Below are positions 44,227-55,746 of a DNA stretch of 64,000 bases, piece after piece; positions within the stretch are counted from its first letter, which is position 1; each line of letters starts with the position of its first letter. Below the pieces are notes generated by a model. The model saw only the letters and a program-made list of their open reading frames with translations, did not search any database and was not told the origin of the DNA. The translations under genes and the position numbers were made by a program. Origin of the DNA: an uncultured cyanobacterium (lineage in GTDB: Bacteria > Cyanobacteriota > Cyanobacteriia > Cyanobacteriales > Cyanobacteriaceae); contig CAVQBA010000005.1 of NCBI GenBank assembly GCA_963710605.1, positions 268,075 through 332,074 on the forward strand, written 5' to 3'.

Positions 44227-45048
44227 TCATACTTCCATCAACAAATTTTTTTGTACTAATTGTTCTTTAAGTTGAGAATCTAAAACTTGATAATCCAAAT
44301 CTTGACGAGTATTAGTATAGTAATTAAGATGATTCTTGGCGTGTTGATTATTAGCTCCATAAGACAAAAAGATAGCGTATTTTGGACCTTTTATGGGACT
44401 ACCTGAATGAATTAATCTGGTATTAAAAATAACACAATCCCCCGGTTCGGTTTTAAGATAAACAGGTTGAGTTGGAGGTTGCATAAAGTATTTAGGTTTA
44501 TCGGTACGGACAAAACTTTGAAGCCAAGGATGTGTCTTGCTAATTACTCTTTGAGGAAAATAGAGTCTATTCCATACTTTTTTTTCTAGAGGAGAAAGAG
44601 AATATTCTCGCTGATGACTGCCGGGGATAACGACTAAAGACGAATTACTTTCGGCGTAAGATTGAAGATAAATCGCTATTCTGGCTACCTGATACTTTTG
44701 ATTAGTTTCGTCCCAATCTTCTCCCACACCATAGGTACGATCTGCACTGTCGCGATGCCAACCAATCTCGCCACGATGTACGTGAAGATCGCTATGTTGA
44801 GTATAACGAATATCATCACCAAAAATTTCCCTAACACTACTTAACAAGTTTGGATGCCATATCAATGGCCAAAATTCACGGTTGGTAGATACACCATTAG
44901 GACATTGAAAATGAGGAGTCCGCTTTTTATCGTCTAAACCTGAAACCTTTTGTAACTTAGATTTATACTCTACTACCTCATCAGTATTAAGTAAATTTTT
45001 AATAACGACAAAACCTAATTCTTCAAATTGCCTTTTTAATTTGCTCAT
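44227..45048 (-). CDS. Phytanoyl-CoA dioxygenase (PhyH) family Fe/2OG enzyme
   Basis: GFVVIKNLL, WHRD, VIPGSH, PGDCVIFNTRLIH. Confidence 0.85.
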   Translation of the reverse strand: MSKLKRQFEELGFVVIKNLLNTDEVVEYKSKLQKVSGLDDKKRTPHFQCPNGVSTNREFWPLIWHPNLLSSVREIFGDDIRYTQHSDLHVHRGEIGWHRDSADRTYGVGEDWDETNQKYQVARIAIYLQSYAESNSSLVVIPGSHQREYSLSPLEKKVWNRLYFPQRVISKTHPWLQSFVRTDKPKYFMQPPTQPVYLKTEPGDCVIFNTRLIHSGSPIKGPKYAIFLSYGANNQHAKNHLNYYTNTRQDLDYQVLDSQLKEQLVQKNLLMEV

Positions 45049-45074
45049 GTTTTTATCTCATTAATATCTAAAAA

Positions 45075-45967
45075 TCAACTAACTTCTAATTCTAACCAAT
45101 GAGAAAGATCTCGATCAATCGTTTCTTGTAATTGTAAAATTTCCTCTCGATACTCTTGTATTAAGCCTTGACGAACTTCTGGTTTTAAAGGAACTTTTTT
45201 AGAAGAAGAATTAAATTGAATTAAACGCTCGACAAAATTTTTGCCTAGCGGTAGTTCTTTTTTTAAAGTTTTCAAATATCGATCGAGAGTCTTATTTTTA
45301 GGTTTTTTAGGGCTAACGTTTAATCTTAGATTCATTTCGGGAACAAAAGTATCGTCAACACCGATAAACCTAAATATGTCTTGAGTAAAACCAATCGAAT
45401 CTTTAAGATAATCTTCGTAGAGATAAACTTTGATTTGTTCCGGGTTGAAAAGCTCGTAATATCTTTTTAATTGAGTATAATAATATCCCCTAGAACGATA
45501 GTGCCAACGAAGATGCCAGTTATCGGCTATTCTGCTTTCTTCATCTTTTAATGCTAAAGCAAAATTTTCGTATGGTTCGTAACCATCTCGATAATTACCT
45601 TGAAATTGAGAATAAGCCCTTTGCACGGGATTGCGAAAAATGACAATTAATTTAGCCTCTGGAATATAGTCATGAATGCGTTTAGCCGCTAATGGATGAT
45701 AGATATAATCTGTGCAAACCTCACCAATAGCTATTTCGTCTTTTACTTCTTCAAAAAGATTGAGATAATCTTCGATATTATTAATTGGTAAACGACGTGT
45801 TAAATCTCCTGGCCCTTGAAATCTAGTGAATCTCCTTCAGATGCAAAAAAACCACTCTCTTTAATAGTAGAATTAAGATAAATTTGAGGATGTTGCCTTA
45901 GATAATAATAAAGAGATGTAGTTCCTGCTTTTGCCGCACCAATAACAAGAAAGTTAGGAAGAGTCAT
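45075..45967 (-). CDS. Sulfotransferase (Sulfotransfer_1 type), frameshift at ~45813
   Basis: PNFLVIGAAKAGTTSLY. One extra G gives FKGPGDLTRRLP...IFRNPVQRAYS, joining ORF 45075-45626. Confidence 0.85.
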
Positions 45968-46098
45968 ACAAATAATTAGTAATTGATAATTGATAATTGA
46001 GAACAACCTCCACAGACAAGTTGGAGAGTTGAAACCCTATTTTTTCGGTCAGTTACAAATGCTTAAAACTAAGTTAACATATTGGATGCAGTTAATAC

Positions 46099-47032
46099 TT
46101 ATCGCCGACGAGGTATTTCATAACTTAAAAAGTCATAAGCCAAACTCGTTTGCGGAAAAATAGATTGAGCTTCTTTGAGTAAATCTTTAAGATTAATACT
46201 ATTACCAAAATTGTAACGAGGGCTAAAATGAGTCATAATCAACTTTTTGACTTGAGCCGCTAAGGCAACCTGAGCCGCCATTGTGGTAGTTGAGTGTAAT
46301 TTTTCAAACGCCATTTGAGCATCTTGATGAGCAAAAGTAGCTTCATGAATTAAAACATCGGCATCAGTTGCTAAAGATATTGCATTTTCACAAAAAACTG
46401 TATCAGTACAATAAACAAATTTACGACCGATTTCAGTAGGACCACAAAAATCACGCCCGTGAAAAGTTCTACCATCTTCTAGAGTTACCGTTTCTCCCGC
46501 TTTGAGTTTACCGTAAACAGGACCAAAAGGAATACCTAATTTTTTGGCTTTTTGGACATCGAATGTACCTGCACGGTTTTTTTCTTCAACACGATAACCA
46601 AAAGCTGTTATACGATGTTTTAAGGGTTGTACACTAACGATAAATTCGTCATCTTCGTAGATAACACCTTCGGTTACAGTTTTAATTTTGACACCATAAG
46701 GAAAATAAGTATGAGAATATTTCATACAAGATTTTAGGTAAGGTTCAATTCCAGGACGAACCATAAACAGTGACGTTTTCAGCATCTGCACCTAAACCAC
46801 AACTTGCTAACAATCCCATTAAACCAAAAGTATGATCTCCGTGCATATGAGTGACGAAAATTTTTTTTAGTTGTGAGGCTTTAAGTTCGCTACGTAAGAT
46901 TTGATGTTGAGTACCTTCGCCACAGTCAAATAACCAAAGTTCTCCTCTTTGAATATGTCTTAACGCTATACTCGAGACGTTTCTGGATTTTGTTGGTACT
47001 CCTGAGCTAGTTCCTAAAAATGTTATTTCCAC
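46099..47032 (-). CDS. rnz: Ribonuclease Z, frameshift at ~46758
   Basis: [23 protein letters not shown]; second half HEATF, THFSPRY. Confidence 0.93.
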
Positions 47033-47209
47033 GATCGTCTATTTTACCTATCAGTAACCTCATTTTCCGTACCTAATTATTATATCCAACATCAATAGTT
47101 AATAGTTAAGAGTTAAGAGTTAAGAGTTAATTACTTTTGAATTGTCAATTGTCAATAGTTCACAGTATATTATCAACATAATCTCGATTGGTATCATCAA
47201 AAGTTAGTT

Positions 47210-48280
47210 ATGGAAACAAATGTTCGATCGTCTAATAGTTTAATCAATCCATCTGGTTGGTTGTTATTTGCATTTCTAGGTATCAGCTTAACCGTTATTA
47301 CTCTAGTTCATTTAGATTTAATTAGTACTCGTAACTTATTACTATCAGCAGTAATCAGCGGATTATCAGGTTATCTAATCGTGCCTATTTTACAAAAAAT
47401 GAAAGCATCTCAAGTCATTCAAGAAGATGGATTACAATCTCATTTAAAAAAAGTGGGTACACCGACGATGGGTGGTATTTTTTTTATCCCTGCATCGATA
47501 ATTGTTGGCGTAATTGCTGGCGGTTTTACTAGTAATGTAATCGCAGTGGCTTTAGTTACTTTTATTTATGCTTTTATCGGTTGGATAGATGATTGGCAAA
47601 TATTACGTAAAAAAACTAATTTAGGTTTAACTGCTAAGCAAAAATTTGGTTTACAAGTTATCTGTGCCGTTATTTTCTGTGTCTGGATGTATTTTACTCA
47701 ACCCACTTCTATTACTAATGTTAGTTTACCGTTTGGCTTAGTTTTACCGTTGAGTTTTTTCTTTTGGTTTTTAGCTATTTTTGTCATTGTCGCCGAAAGT
47801 AACGCTACTAATTTTACCGACGGTGTTGATGGATTAGCAGGTGGTACAAGTGCGATCGCATTTTTAGGATTAGGACTTTTAGTTGCTCCTAATCATCCTG
47901 ATTTACTCGGTTTTTGTTTGGCTATCAGTGGTGGTTGTTTGGGGTTTGTTTTGCACAATCGTAACAAAGCTTCTGTTTTTATGGGCGATACAGGCTCACT
48001 TGCTTTAGGTGCGGGTTTGGCGGCTGTGGGAATTTTGAGTCAAAATTTATGGGCTTTATTTATCCTCAGTCTGTTATTTTTTGTCGAGTCTTTATCAGTA
48101 ATCGCTCAAGTACTTTATTACAAAGCGACAAAAGATGAAAATGGTCAAGGAAAAAGACTATTAAAAATGGCACCAATCCACCATCATTTAGAATTAAGTG
48201 GTTGGACGGAAACTCAAATAGTAGGTATATTTTATTTAGTTAGTATTTTCTTAGTTTTCTTGACGATCGTGGGTAAATAA
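47210..48280 (+). CDS. mraY: Phospho-N-acetylmuramoyl-pentapeptide transferase
   Basis: GTPTMGG, IDD, NFTDGVDGL, FMGDTGS, MAPIHHHLE. Confidence 0.97.
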   Translation: METNVRSSNSLINPSGWLLFAFLGISLTVITLVHLDLISTRNLLLSAVISGLSGYLIVPILQKMKASQVIQEDGLQSHLKKVGTPTMGGIFFIPASIIVGVIAGGFTSNVIAVALVTFIYAFIGWIDDWQILRKKTNLGLTAKQKFGLQVICAVIFCVWMYFTQPTSITNVSLPFGLVLPLSFFFWFLAIFVIVAESNATNFTDGVDGLAGGTSAIAFLGLGLLVAPNHPDLLGFCLAISGGCLGFVLHNRNKASVFMGDTGSLALGAGLAAVGILSQNLWALFILSLLFFVESLSVIAQVLYYKATKDENGQGKRLLKMAPIHHHLELSGWTETQIVGIFYLVSIFLVFLTIVGK

Positions 48281-48552
48281 TCGATCGTAAACCGTAGGGG
48301 CAGAATGGTATTCTGCCCTCATTTTTTTATACCTGTACAACCCCTCGTGTTTCTCCCCGAAGACAAGAGGAGACTTTAATCGATAAATATAATATCCTAA
48401 GTAATTCCTTTACCGTTTCATAAATAAGTTCATTTAGCTGTAAATTACAAGCGAAAAGATTAAATTTCTCCACCTAAAGCATGATTTAAACATATAATTA
48501 TCTTCGATAAAATAAGAGATTGGAGAAAAAATAAAAATAAAATAAATATATC

Positions 48553-50001
48553 ATGTCTGTTAGAGTAAGAATTGCACCATCTCCTACAGGTAACTTACAT
48601 ATTGGTACTGCACGTACAGCAGTTTTCAATTGGTTGTTTGCCCGTAATCAAGAAGGCACGTTTATCTTGAGAGTAGAAGATACAGATTTAGAACGATCGA
48701 AATCAGAATATACTGAAAATATCAAATCAGGTTTAGAATGGCTGGGTTTAAATTGGGATGAGGGACCATTTTTTCAAACCGAAAGATTAGATTTATACAA
48801 AAATGCAATTCAAAAATTAATTGATGACGGTTTTGCTTATCCTTGTTATTGTACTCCCGAAGAGTTAGATGATATGCGGGAAAAACAAAAAGCGAATAAT
48901 CAAGCCCCTGGTTATGATAATCGTCACCGAGATTTGAGTGAAGAGCAAATTAAAGAGTTTGAAGCCGAAGGAAAAAAACCCGTTATCCGTTTTAAAATAG
49001 ATAACGATCGTGAAATTTCTTGGAATGATGCTATTAGAGATGAAGTTGTCTGGCAAGGTAGCGATTTAGGTGGTGATATGGTAATCGCCCGTGCACCAGA
49101 AACTGAAGACGAAAATTTTGGACAACCTCTTTATAATTTAGCGGTAGTGGTTGATGATATTGACATGAATATTTCTCATGTTATCCGTGGTGAAGATCAT
49201 ATTGCCAATACTGCCAAACAAATATTATTATATGAAGCCCTCGGTGCGGATATACCCGAATTTGTACATACACCTTTGATTTTGAATACCGAAGGTAAGA
49301 AGCTATCTAAAAGAGACGGCGTAACTTCGATCGATGATTTCCGCAAAATGGGTTTTGTACCCACTGCTTTAGTTAATTATATGACGTTGTTGGGTTGGAC
49401 TTCTCCTGATGGTGAAGAAATCTTTAGTCTTGAAGAAGCGGCGACTCAATTTGATTTGGATAGAGTTAACAATTCAGGTGCTAAATTTGATTGGGATAAA
49501 TTAGATTGGCTTAATAGTCAGTATCTTCACGAAATGCCATCAGAAGAATTATTACCTTTGTTAACACCTTATTGGCAAGAAGCTAACTATAAATTTGATA
49601 GTGAAAGTGATCAACAATGGTTATTAGATATTACCGCATTAATTGGTCCTAGTCTCACTCGTCTAACTGATGCAGTGGATGAAGGGGCGGTATTTTTTAT
49701 TGATGATATTACTATCACTGATGAAGCTCAAGATTTTGTAACTCAAGATGGGGCAAAAGAAGTCTTAGAATATGTGATTAATCAAGATACTGCTGATTTA
49801 ACTGTTGATTCAGCTAAAAGTATGATTAAAAACTTGACTAAAGAATTAGGCGTTAAAAAAGGCTTGGTAATGCGTACTCTCCGAGTTGGTTTGACAGGTG
49901 CATTAAATGGTCCAGATTTGATTCAAAGTTGGTTATTACTAAATCAAAAAGGAATTTCCCAAAAACGATTTACTAAAGTAGTTGAATCGATCGATAAATA
50001 A
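48553..50001 (+). CDS. gltX: Glutamate--tRNA ligase
   Basis: [23 protein letters not shown]. Confidence 0.98.
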   Translation: MSVRVRIAPSPTGNLHIGTARTAVFNWLFARNQEGTFILRVEDTDLERSKSEYTENIKSGLEWLGLNWDEGPFFQTERLDLYKNAIQKLIDDGFAYPCYCTPEELDDMREKQKANNQAPGYDNRHRDLSEEQIKEFEAEGKKPVIRFKIDNDREISWNDAIRDEVVWQGSDLGGDMVIARAPETEDENFGQPLYNLAVVVDDIDMNISHVIRGEDHIANTAKQILLYEALGADIPEFVHTPLILNTEGKKLSKRDGVTSIDDFRKMGFVPTALVNYMTLLGWTSPDGEEIFSLEEAATQFDLDRVNNSGAKFDWDKLDWLNSQYLHEMPSEELLPLLTPYWQEANYKFDSESDQQWLLDITALIGPSLTRLTDAVDEGAVFFIDDITITDEAQDFVTQDGAKEVLEYVINQDTADLTVDSAKSMIKNLTKELGVKKGLVMRTLRVGLTGALNGPDLIQSWLLLNQKGISQKRFTKVVESIDK

Positions 50002-50019
50002 TTGATTAATTATTAGAAT

Positions 50020-50177
50020 TATAGCAATTGTCATACTTATAAAGTACACCCACGATCCCCCTAAATCCCCATCCCCCTTGCCCCCTTCGTAAGGGGGAAA
50101 TTTAAAGATGCTTCGCTTTTATTGCGTGGGGGACTTGTAAATATAAACTGTACCTCATAAATGTGGGAACCGCTATA
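50020..50177. mobile_element. MITE-like element, same family as 10090-10232
   Basis: TATAGCAATT...GGGAACCGCTATA with the same internal insert. Confidence 0.75.
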
Positions 50178-50444
50178 TAAGATCTTTGGAAGGGGTTTTT
50201 CCCTTCTATTTTATTAATAGCGTGAAAATTGAGATGAAGGAGATATTGATACTTGTATTAGTAAATTGACAAAATTGAAGATTAAAAAATAATTGAGATT
50301 AATTACTATGGCTTAAATAAATGCTCAAGAGTAGATAACCTAAGTTGGATTGCTTCTGACTATCACGACATCAATAGTGACTGTTTTACCTGATTCGATC
50401 TAGAATTAACAATTTATCTAGACAAATAAAAAAATGACGAAAAA

Positions 50445-50996
50445 ATGATTCCGAAAACACTCTATCAAGCAATAGTTGAAAAGAATTACTCGGAGATAAA
50501 AAAGTTTGCCCAAGAATTGGATGACGTTATATTGGATCATTTTCCTGAAAATTGTTTCCAATTAATTCTAGATTTATTAGAGTTACCATCTTTCTTAGAT
50601 TTGGAAAATTCACATAATTTTCTTTTTGTGCTACTTGTTAACTGGGAATATTTATCTAATAACCAAAAAAATAAGCTGATTCCTTTATTAGAAAATAGTT
50701 ATGAATTATTTAAAGATTGGTACTCATGTTTTATCATCTCTGAAATTTTTGGAGACAAGTTACATAATAAAAAAGTATTCGAGATTCTTTGTCAGTTAAA
50801 AAATATTACATCTGAAATGCCTCGTTCTTTTATTCCTCATGCTTTTGAACATATTGTCATAAAAACATCTGAGCAAAATTTAAAACTAAGTGCTTTCAAT
50901 AAAATTAGGGAAATGAAAAAAGATCATTCACAAAAAGTTCGCAATGAAGTTGATTTATCTCTAAGGAAAATCAAAAATAAAGGTTTTAATTACTGA
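50445..50996 (+). CDS. Hypothetical alpha-helical (HEAT-like) protein
   Basis: 183 aa ORF, very AT-rich; KDHSQKVRNEV resembles a HEAT repeat end. Confidence 0.6.
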   Translation: MIPKTLYQAIVEKNYSEIKKFAQELDDVILDHFPENCFQLILDLLELPSFLDLENSHNFLFVLLVNWEYLSNNQKNKLIPLLENSYELFKDWYSCFIISEIFGDKLHNKKVFEILCQLKNITSEMPRSFIPHAFEHIVIKTSEQNLKLSAFNKIREMKKDHSQKVRNEVDLSLRKIKNKGFNY

Positions 50997-51268
50997 ACAC
51001 GATCGATTCCAATACTAGTATGATGCACTTGAGATAGATACGTATTGATACGTAATGTTATTAATGAAGATTATAATATTATTCATTTAACAAAGCCAAG
51101 ACACGATCGAAAATAGATGATCCACTTTGCATAGTTCAATTAACGACAAACTGAAGTATTTTAGGTAACTAACGAACTCTTTAATAGAAACATCTCCCCT
51201 TGGAGGGGAGACAAAAAAATTAATCTTAATTAATATAATCAATCAGTTAGATTCAGATTAGATATCGA

Positions 51269-52450
51269 TTAATACAAAGGCACAGAAGAATCGACTTCCT
51301 TACTCCAAGCGGTAATACCACCTGTTACATTAGTTCCCTCAATTCCTGCGTCTTTTAAGATTTGTAAAGCCTTAGCCGATCGTCCACCCATCTTACAATG
51401 AGCAATTAAACGGTTTTTACCATTAAGTAAATCTTTAACTTTACTTACCCCATCGCCATCTTCAATATCAGGTAAAGGTATTAAAGTTGCCCCATCAATT
51501 TGAGCAATTTGATATTCATTCGGATTACGTACATCAATTAAAACATAATCATCCGTATCGCTATCTAACAAAGATTTCAACTCGGTAACAGACATCTTAG
51601 CTAACTCTTCACTACTCTTACTCGCTTCGGCTTGAGCTTGAGGAATACCACAAAACTCTTGGTAATCAATTAGTTTTTCAATTACAGGGCGTACAGGATT
51701 AGGACGTAATTTTAATTCCCTGAACTTCATTTCCATCGCATTATAAAGCAATAATCTACCACTAAGAGTTTTAGCAGGATCGACCCCTAAAATAACCTTA
51801 ATCGCTTCTGTAGCTTGGATACTACCAATAATACCGCACAGAACACCTAATACCCCACCTTCAGCACATGAAGGTACCATTCCTGGTGGTGGTGGCTCAG
51901 GATATAAATCACGATAATTGGGTCCTTCTTGATAATTAAAGACTGTGGCTTGTCCTTCAAAACGGAAGATTGAACCGTAAATATTAGGTTTGTTTAACAA
52001 TACACAAGCATCATTAACTAGATAACGGGTAGGGAAATTATCAGTTCCGTCAATGATAACATCATAAGGCTCACAAATTTGTAAAGCATTTTCTGAAGTT
52101 AAACGTGTTTCGTATAAGTCAACCTGACAATCAGGATTGATTTCGAGAATACGATGTTTAGCTGATTCAATTTTAGGTTTATTTACCCAAGAAATACCGT
52201 GGATAATTTGTCTTTGTAGATTGGAAGCATCGACTATATCAAAATCGACTATACCGATTCTGCCAATACCTGAGGCGGCTAAATAGAGAATTAAAGGTGA
52301 GCCTAATCCTCCTGTGCCAACACAGAGTACACTCGCCGCTTTAAGACGTTTTTGTCCTTCTAAACCCACTTCGGGGAGGATAATATGTCTGGCGTAACGT
52401 TCATACTCATCTTTATTAAGTTCGATCGCATCTAAATTAGGATTGAGCAT
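51269..52450 (-). CDS. moeB: MoeB/MoeZ adenylyltransferase with rhodanese domain
   Basis: RYARH, GTGGLG, SNLQRQ, DGTDNF, CAEGGVLG; C-terminal DVR...HCKMGGRS. Confidence 0.95.
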   Translation of the reverse strand: MLNPNLDAIELNKDEYERYARHIILPEVGLEGQKRLKAASVLCVGTGGLGSPLILYLAASGIGRIGIVDFDIVDASNLQRQIIHGISWVNKPKIESAKHRILEINPDCQVDLYETRLTSENALQICEPYDVIIDGTDNFPTRYLVNDACVLLNKPNIYGSIFRFEGQATVFNYQEGPNYRDLYPEPPPPGMVPSCAEGGVLGVLCGIIGSIQATEAIKVILGVDPAKTLSGRLLLYNAMEMKFRELKLRPNPVRPVIEKLIDYQEFCGIPQAQAEASKSSEELAKMSVTELKSLLDSDTDDYVLIDVRNPNEYQIAQIDGATLIPLPDIEDGDGVSKVKDLLNGKNRLIAHCKMGGRSAKALQILKDAGIEGTNVTGGITAWSKEVDSSVPLY

Positions 52451-52605
52451 TATTTTCCTTATTCATTCTCGAAAAATTAATTTCTGTTATTTTTTGATGT
52501 AGTTGACCATTTTAACAAACAACCAGATTTATGTGTTTAATCGATCGTTAATCGTTAATACTTTGTGATAGTTGGTTAGATAGTGTAGTTATCTGCTGTA
52601 TCTAG

Positions 52606-53976
52606 TTAATATTTTAAATCAGTTACATAATAATGAAATCTAAATAAAAACAAGATTGCCGCTGTTGCTACTCCAATAGATTGTCCTAACCATAAACCTA
52701 AACCACCTAAACCAAGGTGAAAACAGAGAAAATAGCCAATACCTAAACCCACAATCCAAAACGCTGGTATATTCAAAAGTACAGGAATACTCGTATCCTG
52801 AAGCCCTTGTAATACACCGTAGGCAATTTTTTGTACCGCATCTAGTATCTGCGAAATAGTAGCTACAGTTAACATCGGTAAAGCTAGATTGACGATCGCA
52901 GTGTTAGTAGGATCATTAACATTAAGGTATAGCCCGATTATTGCTAGAGGAAATAAAAGCATCAACAGTGCTAAAAAGATCGAAAAAACTAACCCCATCC
53001 CAATACTAAGATATCCTGCTCTTTTAATTCCGTTACTGTTTTTTTGTCCTAACCATTGTCCAACTCTTACTGTCGCCGCATAAGACATTCCTAAAGGAAT
53101 CATAAACACTATTATCGTAGTTTGAAAAACAATTTGATGAGCGGCTAATACTTCTGTTCCTAACGTACCCATTAGATAAGTAACAACGGTAAATAATCCT
53201 AACTCTAAAGCGATAAAAACACCGATCGGTACACCTGTCTTAGCTAACTCCCATAAAATAATCGGTTTTATTTGATGTAGTCGATCGAAAATACGATAAA
53301 TTTTTAGTTGTTTATGTCTGAGAATATAAACGAGTAAAGCAACAAACATTCCCCAAAGTGCGATCGTGCTAGAAATAGCTAATCCGACTAATTCTAAACG
53401 AGGAAACCCAAACTTCCCAAAACCTAAAATGTAGTTACCAATAACATTAAAAATTGTCCCGATAATGACAATAAACATAATCGGACGAGCATTAGATAAT
53501 CCAGAAATTACACCTCTTAGCATGGCAAAACCTAATGCAGGAAGAAAACCCCACAGAATGATATTTAAATAAGAATCAGCTAAGATAACTGTGGTTTGGG
53601 ATTGTCCTAATTTGAGCATCATCGAATCTAGATGAGCAAGGATAATCATCATCGGTAACGATAGTAGTAATACCAGCCAAAAACCCTGACGGACTAATTT
53701 TTCGATTCTCGGTTTATTTTTCGCACCATAAGCCTCAGCAACTAAAGGGCTAATACCCATCACTACTCCTGCGGCAATATTGAGTATGGCAAAGAAAGTT
53801 AGAGAAGCCAAACCACCTGCGGCTAATGTTTCGACACCCAATCTTCCCATCATAATAGTATCAAAAAAACCTGTTAAAGATTGTGCTACTTGCGCACTAA
53901 CTAAAGGAATAGCTAATTTAAGAAATTGTTTACTCTCGTTATGGAGGGGGGTGTTTGCTGACATAATTGAAGTCAT
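52606..53976 (-). CDS. MATE family efflux transporter
   Basis: DTIMMGRLG, LAAHQI, ATVRVGQ; about 12 TM segments. Confidence 0.93.
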   Translation of the reverse strand: MTSIMSANTPLHNESKQFLKLAIPLVSAQVAQSLTGFFDTIMMGRLGVETLAAGGLASLTFFAILNIAAGVVMGISPLVAEAYGAKNKPRIEKLVRQGFWLVLLLSLPMMIILAHLDSMMLKLGQSQTTVILADSYLNIILWGFLPALGFAMLRGVISGLSNARPIMFIVIIGTIFNVIGNYILGFGKFGFPRLELVGLAISSTIALWGMFVALLVYILRHKQLKIYRIFDRLHQIKPIILWELAKTGVPIGVFIALELGLFTVVTYLMGTLGTEVLAAHQIVFQTTIIVFMIPLGMSYAATVRVGQWLGQKNSNGIKRAGYLSIGMGLVFSIFLALLMLLFPLAIIGLYLNVNDPTNTAIVNLALPMLTVATISQILDAVQKIAYGVLQGLQDTSIPVLLNIPAFWIVGLGIGYFLCFHLGLGGLGLWLGQSIGVATAAILFLFRFHYYVTDLKY

Positions 53977-54379
53977 GGTTAAAATTTTTTAGTTAATTGT
54001 TTAGTGGTTTCAAAAAAAGTTAAAGAGATATTGGTGCATAAATATGTTTATCAATAATTAACCATTGACCATTATTGTTTGTTTGATTAGGCATTTGTCT
54101 TAAATTCTGAGGATAAATTAAGGGATCGATTTTAGTTATGATTCGCTAAGACGATCGCATTTTTTATGTTCATCAAATAGTTTTTATTTCAAAGTTATTT
54201 TTTGCTTGATAATATTAGTAATTATTGACTGGTAGTTAATTCGCTAATTCTCTGTTTTTATTGGTTAGTCAGCTTTTAAATCGTTACAATTACATAGTAG
54301 GCAACCAAAAATTTTTGAGCTTTCAAAATATTGCTTTACTTACAAAATCTTGCTGTTAGTTTTTTCTTATGTAAAAACA

Positions 54380-55261
54380 ATGGTCAATTTATCACGAAAA
54401 ACAACTAACCAAATACCATTACCAATTATTACCAGCTCTGATTTTGGTTGGGAATCAATTACTGTTTCTGAGTTTAAACAACCTCCAGGAAAAACATCTC
54501 TTCCTCCAGAAACAGATCATACAATTGCATTATGTTTATCTACCAAACCCTATCGTATCTGGCAGACAGTAGGCGAACTCAACTATACAGGAATTTATTC
54601 TAAAGGTGATATTTCTTTATCACCCGCAAAATTACCTTGTTCGTATCAAGTTGATGGTGATGATCATTATTTAGAAATCAAAATACCGACTCTATTTCTT
54701 GAGCAAGTAGCTTTTGAAGTGATGAATATTGATTTAGAGCATCTCAAGTTACGTACCGAATTTCGTAATCGCCATCCTCAAATCGAACAGTTAGCCATGA
54801 TGTTACGCACTGAACTACATCGTGGTCAAAATGGAGGAGAACAATTATATATAGACTCATTAGCTAATGCTTTAACGGTTAATATTTTACGAGACTATAG
54901 CACAACGACTAAACCTCAACCTATTGCAATTTATGAAGGTGGATTAAATGATCGTGTTTTACTTAAAGCGATTGAATATATTAACGATCGTTTGAGTGAA
55001 TCGATTAAACTAGAAGAGTTAAGTAATCATGTCGGAATTAGTAAATTTCATTTTAGTCGGTTATTTAAAAAATCGATGGGTGTATCTCCTCATCAATATG
55101 TGATGCAACAAAGAATCGATCGAGCAAAACAACTTTTACTTAAAGCAGATGAATCTATTTCTGATATAGCCATCATGTGTGGTTTTAATACTCATGCCCA
55201 TATGAGTAAATATTTTCGTAACTATGTGGGTATGACTCCTAAAGCTTACCGTCAAGAATAG
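54380..55261 (+). CDS. AraC family transcriptional regulator, divergent from the MATE gene
   Basis: SKFHFSRLFKKSMGVSPHQY, IAIMCGF...MTPKAYR. Confidence 0.93.
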   Translation: MVNLSRKTTNQIPLPIITSSDFGWESITVSEFKQPPGKTSLPPETDHTIALCLSTKPYRIWQTVGELNYTGIYSKGDISLSPAKLPCSYQVDGDDHYLEIKIPTLFLEQVAFEVMNIDLEHLKLRTEFRNRHPQIEQLAMMLRTELHRGQNGGEQLYIDSLANALTVNILRDYSTTTKPQPIAIYEGGLNDRVLLKAIEYINDRLSESIKLEELSNHVGISKFHFSRLFKKSMGVSPHQYVMQQRIDRAKQLLLKADESISDIAIMCGFNTHAHMSKYFRNYVGMTPKAYRQE

Positions 55262-55746
55262 TCCATCACAATTGTGCAGTAAGAGAATGAAGGTTTTAGC
55301 TTATAGCTTTTAACTATTAACTCTTATAGTTGTTTAAATTAAGTTTGAGACAGTATCAAAATAGTAGGAAAAAGAGCATAAAACCTGCCTTGGGTATGAA
55401 TTGACAAGGCTAATAAATTAAACTCGAAGAAAATATTCTCAAATCGCCTCATTCTTATTTTAATTAACTATAACTGTTAAGCCTTTTGCCCTTTGTTGAC
55501 TCGTCACTAAAAATACTCCTTCACCTGTCCTCCTTAATTCTTACTTTTGATAGATGCGAAAATAAGTAAAGTAAAAGTAAAGAAATAAGTATATTTAATA
55601 ACCAATTGTTGCAGTCGATCGAAAAGTTATCTTAAAATAAAAACTAATAAGTAGTCAAATTAAAAATAATTGTCTAATTAGGAACTAATTGATCTAAGAA
55701 TCTGAGAGTCTAGAAATTAGTTACCGATTAATCAAAAATAAAATTT

